Virus record (IMG/VR): IMGVR_UViG_3300042934_000519 | Location: 8,984-72,983 of that record | Length of the DNA: 64,000 nt | Direction: 5' to 3' (one strand) | From: a virus | In this document: positions 53,991-63,716 of the stretch, one piece after another | How positions within the stretch are numbered: position 1 is the stretch's first letter | Layout of the letters: each line of letters opens with the position of its first letter | The notes under the pieces: model-generated | Seen by the model: the letters and a program-made list of their open reading frames with translations, nothing else | What the model was told of the DNA's origin: nothing | The model's database searches: none | Made by a program: the position numbers and the translations under genes

Positions 53991-56276
53991 ATGAGCGTAG
54001 TCGGTAAGAATACCGAGAGCGTTGGCAAGTTGATGACGGCTAAGGCCACTGAACTGCAAAACGGTCTCAAACAAGGCACCTTTGGTACCTTCGCCAAGGA
54101 AGTGAGCGGGCAGATCGCCTCGTTCGAATCCCTGGACGACCTTCAACAAGGCAACATCCAGACCAGTCTGGAAAGCATCGCCACTGAACTGAAAGGCCAA
54201 GTCGGCAATCTGTTCGGTTCCAAGGGTCCTGCTGAATCCCAGCTGAACGCCGCCGCTGTAATTGCAATGGCCGCTCAAGACCCTGCCGCTTACCACGCCA
54301 TGGCCCTCAAAGCGCCGAACATGTCCGTGTCCAGCGAAAACATGCACATCGTCGGTATCGACGCGCCGGGCGAATTCGACTACGTCGAGAAAGCCAACCC
54401 ATCCATGGAAGCGTTCGACAACTCGAACCTGACCGACTTCATCGGTCTGTCCATGATGTACAACCTGAAGACCGCCCGTCAGGACGCCTTCGGTGAAGGT
54501 TACTACCGTACCGTGGTTCTGACCCCGGACAACGGTGGTGCAGACCTGTCGATCCGCAGCCAGCTGGTTCTGAACCACTTCCTGCACAACACCAAGGGCG
54601 ACTACCAGGACTTCAAACAGCGCCGTCTGCTCGAAGCCGCGATCAACTACAAGATCCTGGCCGACGACAGCACCACGCTGGTTCCTGAAATCCACGACGG
54701 CAACCGCGAGTTCTTCCTCCCGGAAAACGTTGTTGAGAGCCGCACTGTCGATCTGGGCAACCGCATCGTCACCACCGCTCCTCTGGTCTTCGGCAAGCGC
54801 CTGAACCTGGTTGGTCTGGCCCAGAACACTCTGGTCAAGATCGCTGGTCAAGCTGACAACACCGACTCCCTGGACCGCACTACCGCGCTGAAAGCGCTGT
54901 ATCTGCAAAAGGGCGACGCCGATGTTATCCGCATCGACACCGAATACATGCCGCGCGCTTCGTTCGTCAAGCCTCCACAGGGCCTGGCTCGTGAACAAGA
55001 GCTGAGCTTCCGCAACACCTCGATCCAGATCAACGCCAAGTCGGTCAACTACAAAGGCGAGCCGCTGAAGGACCCAATCCTGAAGCAGATCGTTGATGGC
55101 GACTACGTGGTTACCCTGTCGGTTATCGTTACCGGCCAGGTCAACACCGAAAAAGGCAACGTTTCCGTAAACGCCAACCCAATCGAGATCGCCTCGATCG
55201 TGAACGGCGCTGGCGAGAAGCTGGATCTGGAAAGCGGCCAAGGCAAGCAACTGGCTGACGCGCTGGCTGACCTGGAATTCATCGGCTGGGAACCTGCTGC
55301 TCGTCTGTCCAACGCCAACCGTCGTCTGCGCGGTCTGCAACTGAACAGCTCCGAGTACACCGAGCGCTACCCAGTAATGCTGGGTGCTCCGTTCTCCATG
55401 CCTTCGCCGCTGGCCGAACAGCGTGACGCTTCGGACATCGACCTGCTCGTGACTGCTGCTCGTCTGCGTAACAGCAACAACGCTGTGACTCAGCTGATCC
55501 GCTACACCGAGAACCTGGCTCGCTGGAAGTTCCTGGCTGACGAAATGCCAGCTGACGACCTGCAACCAGAAGTCGAAGGTATCGCGCGCTTCCTGGTTCG
55601 CCCATGGTTCCGCGAAACCGTTCTGGACCTGCGTAACGCAGTTGTCTCGCTGAAGTCGCACGAGCGCGTTCTGGACATCCAGGCTGCAATCGTCAACGTT
55701 CTGCGTAACGACATCTACGATGCGATCGTCGAGTCGAACTACCAGACCGCTCTGGATGCGTACACCGGTTACAGCGGTGAGCAGATCCACGTGCGTATCG
55801 GTACCGATCCGAAGATCAACCGTTTCATCGTAGTGCCAGGCGACAGCCGCACTCTGGGCGACGGCGTCGAGTTCGACAAAGTCACCACCATGGACTCCCG
55901 TGTACGCGGCGAGATCTACTGGACCTTCGTTCGTAACACCGAAGGCCTGGACCCACTGAACTCCGGTTCGATGCTGTGGATTCCTGAGCTGATCTCGCAC
56001 GTCCAAGTGGCGCGCAACGATGCTCAGATCCGCGAAGCGATGGTTCAACCGCGCAGCCGTCACGTGAACCACCTCCCAATCTGGGGCAAGGTGAAGATCG
56101 TTGGCCTGAGCGAAGTACTGTCGGAGGGTTGGAAGATTCCGGTGGCAACATTTCCCGGTGAACCAGCCGACGACACCACCGCCCCGGCTCAGCCTGGCGG
56201 CAATAGTGTCCAAGCAGGTATCCCTGGCGCAGCCGACTCCGGCGCAGGCACCGCGGGCGCAAGCGACAACTCGTAA
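53991..56276 (+). CDS. Major capsid protein (phiKZ gp120-like)
   Basis: 761 aa, extreme codon bias, SME-AFD processing site, ARQDAFGE motif, synteny; TATG upstream (~53900). Confidence 0.9.
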   Translation: MSVVGKNTESVGKLMTAKATELQNGLKQGTFGTFAKEVSGQIASFESLDDLQQGNIQTSLESIATELKGQVGNLFGSKGPAESQLNAAAVIAMAAQDPAAYHAMALKAPNMSVSSENMHIVGIDAPGEFDYVEKANPSMEAFDNSNLTDFIGLSMMYNLKTARQDAFGEGYYRTVVLTPDNGGADLSIRSQLVLNHFLHNTKGDYQDFKQRRLLEAAINYKILADDSTTLVPEIHDGNREFFLPENVVESRTVDLGNRIVTTAPLVFGKRLNLVGLAQNTLVKIAGQADNTDSLDRTTALKALYLQKGDADVIRIDTEYMPRASFVKPPQGLAREQELSFRNTSIQINAKSVNYKGEPLKDPILKQIVDGDYVVTLSVIVTGQVNTEKGNVSVNANPIEIASIVNGAGEKLDLESGQGKQLADALADLEFIGWEPAARLSNANRRLRGLQLNSSEYTERYPVMLGAPFSMPSPLAEQRDASDIDLLVTAARLRNSNNAVTQLIRYTENLARWKFLADEMPADDLQPEVEGIARFLVRPWFRETVLDLRNAVVSLKSHERVLDIQAAIVNVLRNDIYDAIVESNYQTALDAYTGYSGEQIHVRIGTDPKINRFIVVPGDSRTLGDGVEFDKVTTMDSRVRGEIYWTFVRNTEGLDPLNSGSMLWIPELISHVQVARNDAQIREAMVQPRSRHVNHLPIWGKVKIVGLSEVLSEGWKIPVATFPGEPADDTTAPAQPGGNSVQAGIPGAADSGAGTAGASDNS

Positions 56277-56291
56277 GGGTTAGTCGTAAGC

Positions 56292-56339
56292 GGCATAGTT
56301 GGGATGAGGCCTTCGGGCCTCATCCTTTCTTTATGCCGT
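56292..56339 (+). terminator. Terminator flanked by CGGCATA and TATGCCG
   Basis: GGATGAGGCC-TTCG-GGCCTCATCC. Confidence 0.8.
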
Positions 56340-56380
56340 CTGCCTATATAAAGGAACACCACTCAACCAGTTTATGGTCG

Positions 56381-56395
56381 TACATTATTGACGTG
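56381..56395 (+). promoter_or_regulatory. Putative early promoter for nvRNAP operon
   Basis: TACATTATTGACGTG. Confidence 0.6.
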
Positions 56396-56484
56396 TACTA
56401 GATGCGATGCTGGAATTAATTACCAGTTAAACGAGCAGACGTGCTCGGCGATCGTGTCAATTTTTAAATACAGGTCTTCTATAT

Positions 56485-57561
56485 ATGACTGCGGATTCAA
56501 GATACTCCTTACCCTTCCAGCCCAAGCAAGCTACTCGGATACGCACTGCCTCGCGTGGGCATGTTCGTGGTCAGGGTGCTGAGTCTTCGGTCACTGTGCA
56601 CTATTACAACCATAGCGATCGTGCGATTGCTGTGACGGAGCGTGATGGGACAGTGCATGTCCTTCAGCCTTCGGCAAGAGGCGCGACTGATGAATTGGTC
56701 GTGTGCGTTACTCGGCTTATGCAGCGTGACCTCATGGAGCGTTCGTTGGAGATCCTACGCAGTGACGGTTCAGGGGATAACTCTGAACGTGACCAGTGGG
56801 TGCGGGCTTTCGAAGCCGCTCTCTACAGCAAGACCCATGTCACGCTCGAAGCGAGCGTTGAGTATGTGATTTATCATCGTGATCTCGCTGACGCCGGTGG
56901 GCGTTGTTATATGCCCGACCTTGACCTGTTGGTTGAGTGGCTAAGTGAGAAGGGTGCTGAGCACCCGTTCGCGTTGAGTCAGCGCAATCGGGCTACCATG
57001 GAAGCAATCGTGCCAGGCGTCTCTGATCAGACGTTTATCATGATGCTTAAGGCAGTGGATAACAGCAGCGTCTCGCAACGCTCTGATCGTTACGTGAACA
57101 TTGGCGGGGAGATCTATTCCGTGCCAGTCGAACGTGACCTCAGTTATCCCACGGGTATCCACCTGGTGACCCGCATGCCCGTCGTTGACGGTCGTCGGTG
57201 TTCCGATACCTTGCACCGTTCGTACAGCTTCGAGGAGGCCGACAAAGTCTTCTCGTTGCAGCGCACGGTAGAAGATGCCCGTAATGGCGGTCCTATTGAA
57301 GCCATGGCAAAGAACCTGGTAGAAGTGCTGACAGCGTCCAAGAAGGTGGAAGAAGCGCGCATGCGTAACGACCAACTGGAATCGGACGAACGTCTGCAAA
57401 CACTGCGTAACGAGGGGGCCATAGCCAAAGCCGTGCAAGAAAAAGAAGCGTTCAATCGAAAGAACTACGTCGAGTGGGCGAAATCTATTGCCGCCCTGCT
57501 TGGGGCTGCTGTGACCGTGTACGGCATATGGTCGAAATTTAAGGCATCAGGTAGTAGTTGA
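56485..57561 (+). CDS. Conserved phiKZ-like protein with C-terminal TM helix
   Basis: Coiled coil followed by AALLGAAVTVYGIW; position between MCP and RNAP subunit. Confidence 0.7.
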   Translation: MTADSRYSLPFQPKQATRIRTASRGHVRGQGAESSVTVHYYNHSDRAIAVTERDGTVHVLQPSARGATDELVVCVTRLMQRDLMERSLEILRSDGSGDNSERDQWVRAFEAALYSKTHVTLEASVEYVIYHRDLADAGGRCYMPDLDLLVEWLSEKGAEHPFALSQRNRATMEAIVPGVSDQTFIMMLKAVDNSSVSQRSDRYVNIGGEIYSVPVERDLSYPTGIHLVTRMPVVDGRRCSDTLHRSYSFEEADKVFSLQRTVEDARNGGPIEAMAKNLVEVLTASKKVEEARMRNDQLESDERLQTLRNEGAIAKAVQEKEAFNRKNYVEWAKSIAALLGAAVTVYGIWSKFKASGSS

Positions 57562-57571
57562 TAGAGGGAAT

Positions 57572-59215
57572 ATGGACGCCGATTTATTCGCTTTTATGCA
57601 CCGCAAGCGGGCGCCAAAGTTCAATGAAGATGTAGTGAAGGGCTTGGCGACGATCGACGTCAAGTACGCGAAAGAGTACGTTGACACGATCATCAATTGC
57701 GGTGTGTCTCAATACCCGGAAGGGTTTGAGTATCTTGGAAGCGAGCGGTGTAGCCCACTGGAGGAGTACAACGTCATCACCAAGTCACGCAATGGGCCGA
57801 ACCGTGTGTTCGATCTGGCGCGCAGTGACGTGTTCTTGGTCAAGTATCTGTTCCGGGCTCAGGGTAAAGACCTGCCGCCTGTGTACATGTACCTGCCGTT
57901 TGTTCGGCAAGCAGGCATGCTTTACATCACCGGCAAGCAGTTCGCCGTAAGCCCCGTGATGGGAGACATTGCCTTCTCGATCAGTGAGAACGATGTATTT
58001 ATTCGGATGCCTCGCGCACCGGTTACGTTTAACCGCTCTATGTCACACTTCGTCATCGACGGGGTCCGGACATCGAAGTACGTGATCTGGTCACCGTTGC
58101 ACAACAAGGGAGGAAAGAAGTCCAAGAACCGTAGTAACACGATCTACTTGGGTCGTGTGCAGAGCACCCTCGCTCACTATCTGTTCTGCAAACACGGCTT
58201 CTACGAAACGTTCGAGCGTTACACTAATGCTCAGCCGATCGTGATGCGTGAGAAAGACCTCGACCGGGAGATCTACCCAGAAGAGGACTACGTTGTCTGC
58301 ACCTCGGCTAAGAACAAGCCGCCGGGGCTGCGTGGACGGCGCGAGTATGCACAGATTGCAACTGACCTGTGCGTCGTGGTGAAGCGTGAACATTTCACGC
58401 CGTTGGTCTCTAGCCTGATCAATGGCTTCTTCTACGTGATCGATCATTTCCCGGACGACATCCTCGACCCGGCAGATATCGGTGATAAGGACACGTGGAT
58501 GGTGTTCATGGGCTTTATCCAGTGGGGCGATGAGCCGTCTCGCGGGAAACTGGTGGAAGACGTCAAGGCTCACTTGAAATCTCTGGACGGCTATGTCGAC
58601 CATGAGGTGAAGAAGACCCTGATGGAAGTCGAAGTGTATTGTGAAGATCTGTACGATCTCATGATCCACATCATGCTCAACATGCACGACATGTTGGAAC
58701 AGAACGCTACTCACGTGGCCAGTCTGTACAACAAGCGTTTGGAAGTGCTGCGCTACCTTCTGCGCAACATCAACAATGCCATGTTCGAGTTTCTCTTCAA
58801 GATCACCAGCAACACGAAGAAGGTGCTCGGTTACAAAGATTACGAAGACATCCTGCGTACCTACTTTAAACCACGGTTGATCCACGGCATCACCACAGGG
58901 TCTGAACACCCTGAAGTGAGTTCGGTTTCCAACCCCAGCGACAATCTGTTCTTCAAGATCACCTCGGTCATCGTGCAGCAAAGTGACATGCACGGTCGGG
59001 GTAAGTCGCAGGAAACGAAACCGGTGGGACCGACGATGTTCCTGGACGCCAGCTACGCTGAAGTGACCGGGTTCTGTAGTCTGCCAAAATCCAACCCTAT
59101 TGGTAACAGTAGGCTCAACCCCTGTGTGAAGTTAGGCCCACAGCACACTGTGCTGCGCAAGCCTGAGTTCAAGGATCTGTTAGACGGTGTACAACGTCTG
59201 ATCCAACGCAACTAG
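57572..59215 (+). CDS. Non-virion RNA polymerase beta-type subunit (phiKZ gp123-like)
   Basis: 547 aa; YMYLPFV, KITS..VQQ and SRLNP motifs; synteny downstream of MCP. Confidence 0.8.
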   Translation: MDADLFAFMHRKRAPKFNEDVVKGLATIDVKYAKEYVDTIINCGVSQYPEGFEYLGSERCSPLEEYNVITKSRNGPNRVFDLARSDVFLVKYLFRAQGKDLPPVYMYLPFVRQAGMLYITGKQFAVSPVMGDIAFSISENDVFIRMPRAPVTFNRSMSHFVIDGVRTSKYVIWSPLHNKGGKKSKNRSNTIYLGRVQSTLAHYLFCKHGFYETFERYTNAQPIVMREKDLDREIYPEEDYVVCTSAKNKPPGLRGRREYAQIATDLCVVVKREHFTPLVSSLINGFFYVIDHFPDDILDPADIGDKDTWMVFMGFIQWGDEPSRGKLVEDVKAHLKSLDGYVDHEVKKTLMEVEVYCEDLYDLMIHIMLNMHDMLEQNATHVASLYNKRLEVLRYLLRNINNAMFEFLFKITSNTKKVLGYKDYEDILRTYFKPRLIHGITTGSEHPEVSSVSNPSDNLFFKITSVIVQQSDMHGRGKSQETKPVGPTMFLDASYAEVTGFCSLPKSNPIGNSRLNPCVKLGPQHTVLRKPEFKDLLDGVQRLIQRN

Positions 59216-59238
59216 TATTCCAATTGGAGCAGTAACAA

Positions 59239-61188
59239 ATGGCACGTACCATCGAAGATGCAATCTGGGACAAACTCATCGACAATATCCAAAACGATGC
59301 GCGGAGCAACGACCTGCGCGGCGAATACGATAACGTCATGAGTGACCGGAACTATAACAACCGGGACATGACCGAGCTTCACAATCACGCCCTCAAGTTG
59401 GTAGAACTGGGCTGGGATGCTTGCCGCAACTCCCGTGAAGAAGACAAGTTGATCGACGACGCTTGCCAAGTCGCTATCGATCAGCACATTGGCGTCTGGG
59501 CAACATCAGACAAGACTATCGCCAATGCCATCGAAGACGACCGTGTGTTCCGTGACCTTCAAGCGGCCGCACGTGAGTTCGATGCTGTCGAACAAGAGTA
59601 CGATCGTGGCCAGAGCCGTGGCCGTGGCGGTCGTGATGATCGTGGTCGGGGTAATGACCGCGGTGGTCGTAACAACACCGGTCTGGGCTATAGCCAGGCC
59701 CGTGTGCCGCTGGGCCGTGATGACCGTAGCCGTCGTGACGACTCTGGCACCCGCATGACCGGTGGTTTTGGCGGCGGTAGCCGTAGCAATTCCCGTGACA
59801 CCCGTGACCGTGACGATCGCCCACGCGAGAACACTCGCCACCAGCGTGATCAAGTCACTTCCCAGCGCTCCAGCTCCCCGCTGACGCGCAACACTCAGCG
59901 TCAGGAGGAAGCCCCAGTGGAACGTTCTAACCTGCAACGCCACGAGCCTGTGGATGAAGTGATTCAGCGTAACGATGGCCCTGACTTCTCGTTGGCACGT
60001 CCGTTCGATGATTTCTGGGACAACAACGAAAACTGGCAGCTGGCGCATCGCTCCTCGTTCGAATGGACCTGGACGCCGAAGCAGCAGTTCTGCCGTACCT
60101 ACGACCCGGAAGTGGAAGTGCGCTTCTTGGTCAAAGATGCAAATGGCACCGTGCGCGAGGAGTTCCTGCCAATGACCGACGAACTGAGCTTTGCGGCTCA
60201 TGAAATCAAAGCCCTGACCCGTCCGAACGAGACGCGCCGTATCCGCGGCAGCCGTGAAGACGGTGAAGAAATCTCCCTGCCGGGCAACGACATCGACGCC
60301 GTGGACCTGGACAAGTTGGCCGGTCAAGTGGAAGAGGCTCGCAAGACCCTCATCAGCGAGATGAACCTCAACAGCGTGTACGTCTCCGATTCGCCAGCGG
60401 TCTGCTCCACTGTGCGTGACGGCCTGATCAAAGCCACCTCCGATCGTCTGAACACCGACAAAGACGTGGCTGCGGTTCAGTGCATGTTGGCTGAAGTGCT
60501 GCCGTCTTCGGGCAAAGGCATGACAGAGCTGGAACAGCTGAGTAACCTGATCGGTAGCGACGGTGATCTGGCCACGCTTCAGAAGCGTCTGATCACCCTG
60601 CGTGGTAAAGTCGACGAGTCCGTGCTGGACATCATCGACCGTCACTACACCGACGAAGTCAACCACTCGCTCAAGCATGCCTTCGGGTTTGGTGGTCTGG
60701 ACATCGACAGCTTCATCGAAGACTTTGCCGACCTGCTCGCGGTGATCACCAAGCGCCGCAATGCAGGGTTCACCTCGCAGTTCCTCAGCCGTACGCGTAA
60801 CCTGGTTGTCAGCCTGGTGATCGTCAACGGTCTGGACGAGCGTCGTGAAGTCATCAACGCCCAGGACATTCTGCCTGAAGCTGAAGAAGACAAAGAAGCC
60901 TACACCAAGTTCCGCGACAACGCTGTCGTACTGCTCAAGCCTTCGCCTGCCGTGTCGATCAACATCGACCTGGACGCCTTCGGCTTGGTCACTGACGAAC
61001 CTCGCGTTGCCACGGCTTCGGGCCCAGGCGCCGACAAAGAGCTGCGTGACACCTTGGTTGGCCTGTACGCCATTGGTCGCCGGGCTTCTGCCAGCGGCCG
61101 CGTGCGCGTGATCACGGCTGACAACATCGAACTGGAACTGGTGGGTATTGCCGGTGCCAAGGACGTTGTGGGTATCCGCAAGCTGTAA
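59239..61188 (+). CDS. Hypothetical protein with R/G/D-rich disordered segment
   Basis: 649 aa; RGRGGRDDRGRG low-complexity region. Confidence 0.8.
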   Translation: MARTIEDAIWDKLIDNIQNDARSNDLRGEYDNVMSDRNYNNRDMTELHNHALKLVELGWDACRNSREEDKLIDDACQVAIDQHIGVWATSDKTIANAIEDDRVFRDLQAAAREFDAVEQEYDRGQSRGRGGRDDRGRGNDRGGRNNTGLGYSQARVPLGRDDRSRRDDSGTRMTGGFGGGSRSNSRDTRDRDDRPRENTRHQRDQVTSQRSSSPLTRNTQRQEEAPVERSNLQRHEPVDEVIQRNDGPDFSLARPFDDFWDNNENWQLAHRSSFEWTWTPKQQFCRTYDPEVEVRFLVKDANGTVREEFLPMTDELSFAAHEIKALTRPNETRRIRGSREDGEEISLPGNDIDAVDLDKLAGQVEEARKTLISEMNLNSVYVSDSPAVCSTVRDGLIKATSDRLNTDKDVAAVQCMLAEVLPSSGKGMTELEQLSNLIGSDGDLATLQKRLITLRGKVDESVLDIIDRHYTDEVNHSLKHAFGFGGLDIDSFIEDFADLLAVITKRRNAGFTSQFLSRTRNLVVSLVIVNGLDERREVINAQDILPEAEEDKEAYTKFRDNAVVLLKPSPAVSINIDLDAFGLVTDEPRVATASGPGADKELRDTLVGLYAIGRRASASGRVRVITADNIELELVGIAGAKDVVGIRKL

Positions 61189-61278
61189 CAGAAACCATGG
61201 GGAGCCTTCGGGTTCCCCATGGCTTTATTATGTAAGTTGCATATCCCCTTTTCTTTTTTCTTTGTTTAGGACTGACCC

Positions 61279-62325
61279 ATGAACCGTAACATGGCATTGA
61301 TGAATGCACTGTCCCCACCTGAACCCCTGCCGACCGTTTCATTGGAAGCGATCGAGGTAGCCGATGGCGTGACCCGTGTTGAGACGGAAATCGAGATCTA
61401 CGGCACCATGCGCAACATGGATGACCTCACCAAAGCCAAAGACTGGGAGATCCAGGAACAGTGGGGCCTCTACGTGCCTCAGACAGACAAGAACGCAGGC
61501 TCAGGCAACACTCGGGTAAGGTTGACCCAGAACAGCTCAGGAGCGACCTCCTACGTCCTCACAACCAAGGTCAAACAGGCTGGCGGGAACCAGGAGTGCG
61601 AAGAGATCTCCTCGGTGGACATGTTCAACCTGTTCAAGAAGCTGGGTGACAGTGGCCTTCGCAAGAAACGCTACTTCTTCCCCATGGAAGGCACCGAGAT
61701 GTGCTTTGAAGTGGACGTGTTCTTCAACGCTGCCGGTACGATGATCCCACAGGTCAAGATCGATCTGGAGATCAAAGGTCAACTGCCAGAGAACTTCGAC
61801 TACAGCAACATCACCCTGCCGTTCGAGATGAGCGACATCCGCATCATTTCCCCAGGCCGTAAGAACGATGAAGACCTCGCCTACGTGCGTAAGCTCTTCA
61901 GCGAACACTACGACATCCCGAACCAGTACAAAGCCAGTGCGGTCTCTCAGGAGTCCGCCGGTCAAGTGTCCATGGAAGAGATGGCGCCTCCGGGCTGCAT
62001 CTGTGGCAAGTGCGGTTGGGGTGATTCGTGCCCAGGGCAAGCCGAGAAGCGCCGTCTGGCTGACGAGCGTGATGCAGCCGCCTCCACGGACAACCTTGAC
62101 AAGAACAAGGAAGCGTTGGTGGAACTGGCAGATCGTTGCTCCAGCATGGCCGGTGTACTGTCTTACAACGACACCCGTCGTGAAGCGGCCCTGAAGTCCA
62201 GCCTCAAGAACGTGACCAGCAACATCCAGTGCGCTCTGCTTAACAAAGGCAGCGATGCCGATACGTTCCACAGTGACCTCAAGGCCAAGATTGCTTTGGC
62301 TGACGGTGACCACGAGTTCCGCTAA
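61279..62325 (+). CDS. CYTH-like domain protein, probably head-packaged
   Basis: EIEIY, RVR, K, KKRY, EVDVF, IDLE pattern; SLE, SQE and SME sites. Confidence 0.65.
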   Translation: MNRNMALMNALSPPEPLPTVSLEAIEVADGVTRVETEIEIYGTMRNMDDLTKAKDWEIQEQWGLYVPQTDKNAGSGNTRVRLTQNSSGATSYVLTTKVKQAGGNQECEEISSVDMFNLFKKLGDSGLRKKRYFFPMEGTEMCFEVDVFFNAAGTMIPQVKIDLEIKGQLPENFDYSNITLPFEMSDIRIISPGRKNDEDLAYVRKLFSEHYDIPNQYKASAVSQESAGQVSMEEMAPPGCICGKCGWGDSCPGQAEKRRLADERDAAASTDNLDKNKEALVELADRCSSMAGVLSYNDTRREAALKSSLKNVTSNIQCALLNKGSDADTFHSDLKAKIALADGDHEFR

Positions 62326-62391
62326 GCCGCATAAGAGCCCCTCACAGCCCCTACAAAGGGCTGTGAGGGGTTTTGTGCTCTATGGTGACCG

Positions 62392-62607
62392 TTACGCGCT
62401 TAGCACTTTGATCAGTCCATCCAAGACCTTCTCGAACGTTTCCATCGAAAAGGCCGTCCCTGTCGAAACAGCGCGGTAGGCTTCCAAGAGGATCACAACG
62501 ATGACCATCGCAAGGACTACATACAAGATTGACATCCGGGCAGAATCTTTCCAGTTGCCTTTCTTCTCTGGAGGTTGCGCAGGTGAGTTCTCTTCATCTG
62601 CTTCCAT
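62392..62607 (-). CDS. Small membrane protein
   Basis: Single TM segment. Confidence 0.6.
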   Translation of the reverse strand: MEADEENSPAQPPEKKGNWKDSARMSILYVVLAMVIVVILLEAYRAVSTGTAFSMETFEKVLDGLIKVLSA

Positions 62608-62618
62608 GTTGGTTTACT

Positions 62619-63065
62619 CTAAAAGCCAATGTAGGTTTTTGCAGCTTCCCAGACGAAGCTTCCCACTTCTTTCCAGTCCGTGCCCTTGTTCACCCCTAGG
62701 GAAGCAAACATAGACATAGCGCCGAGCAATACGGCGACTACGACCATGGCAGTAACGACTTGGAAATGTCCGAAGACCAGTGGTGGTATTGCACCTTCTA
62801 CGTCACCGTGTTCAATAACCATGCCCCCGCCAGCGGGGGTGATCATGCAGGTTCGGCCCGTGTCCAGCTGAGCGTTGTTGAGTAACGCTCGATTGCTTTC
62901 CGACATTGCGTCCAGAGCCCGTGTAAGGTCGTCGCCAGTGGATGTTAGCGTCAGTTTGAGGTTCAGTTCCGCAAAGAGGTTGACCGTATCCCTAACTACG
63001 CATCCCCACGGAAAGTCGCCCAGTGGGCGATCCCCCAATACTTTTACTACGTCTGACAATAACAT
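62619..63065 (-). CDS. Membrane protein
   Basis: C-terminal TM segment; ATG 63065. Confidence 0.6.
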   Translation of the reverse strand: MLLSDVVKVLGDRPLGDFPWGCVVRDTVNLFAELNLKLTLTSTGDDLTRALDAMSESNRALLNNAQLDTGRTCMITPAGGGMVIEHGDVEGAIPPLVFGHFQVVTAMVVVAVLLGAMSMFASLGVNKGTDWKEVGSFVWEAAKTYIGF

Positions 63066-63081
63066 GGCAGTTTCCCCTTCG

Positions 63082-63684
63082 TTACCTCGCAGCCCGAAGG
63101 AACCCGGTTCGTTCGCGAATGGCTTCACCGTGTGCAACGCACACTGCAATGCCGTCGTATTCGTGCTCCGTCAGGTCAGCGAGGTTTATCCCGTTCTTAC
63201 ATCTCACTTGTTTAAGTCTAAGGACGCAGTCCCGGATCACTACCTTCTTCATGGTGAAGTCAGACGGCTGAACCGCTCTTTTTGCCTCACCAGGGGAAAT
63301 CAGGATAATGTCCATGCTCGGGTCGTAGCCTTCGAGTGCCAACCGGAGCAAGACTTTCATCTCGGTCAGCACTTCAAAGGACGTTACTCGTTTCGGTTGG
63401 AAAAATGCATTCTCCACCGGAACAGCGTCAGGTTGCCAGCGTTGTAGAGCGTCAGCGAATGCGTCTTGCAAGGTTCGTTCCCGAACCCAGCGTGCCGTGT
63501 GCGTTGACAAGCTCCCCCGGTGATTGCGAATCATGCGATCAGCAACAAAAGTTTCCGCGTACAACAGGGTGTATTCACCAGATCGCAGGTCCAGGTCCAT
63601 TACCACTACACCCAGATTGGAACTTCCGTTGTCGACGCCCATGATTCGGTAGAGATAGTCGTCGTCACGTAGTTTGAACATCAT
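63082..63684 (-). CDS. ruvC: RuvC-like Holliday junction resolvase
   Basis: IMGVDNGS, VE, P.EAK and HEYDGIAV motifs. Confidence 0.82.
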   Translation of the reverse strand: MMFKLRDDDYLYRIMGVDNGSSNLGVVVMDLDLRSGEYTLLYAETFVADRMIRNHRGSLSTHTARWVRERTLQDAFADALQRWQPDAVPVENAFFQPKRVTSFEVLTEMKVLLRLALEGYDPSMDIILISPGEAKRAVQPSDFTMKKVVIRDCVLRLKQVRCKNGINLADLTEHEYDGIAVCVAHGEAIRERTGFLRAAR

Positions 63685-63716
63685 AACCGTTCACCTTTGA
63701 TCTGGTAATCTATTGT

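Noticed and set aside
53847-56213. 788-aa - strand ORF
   Set aside because: Antisense shadow of the major capsid gene; the same applies to 17756-19201, 31478-32788 and 59506-60678
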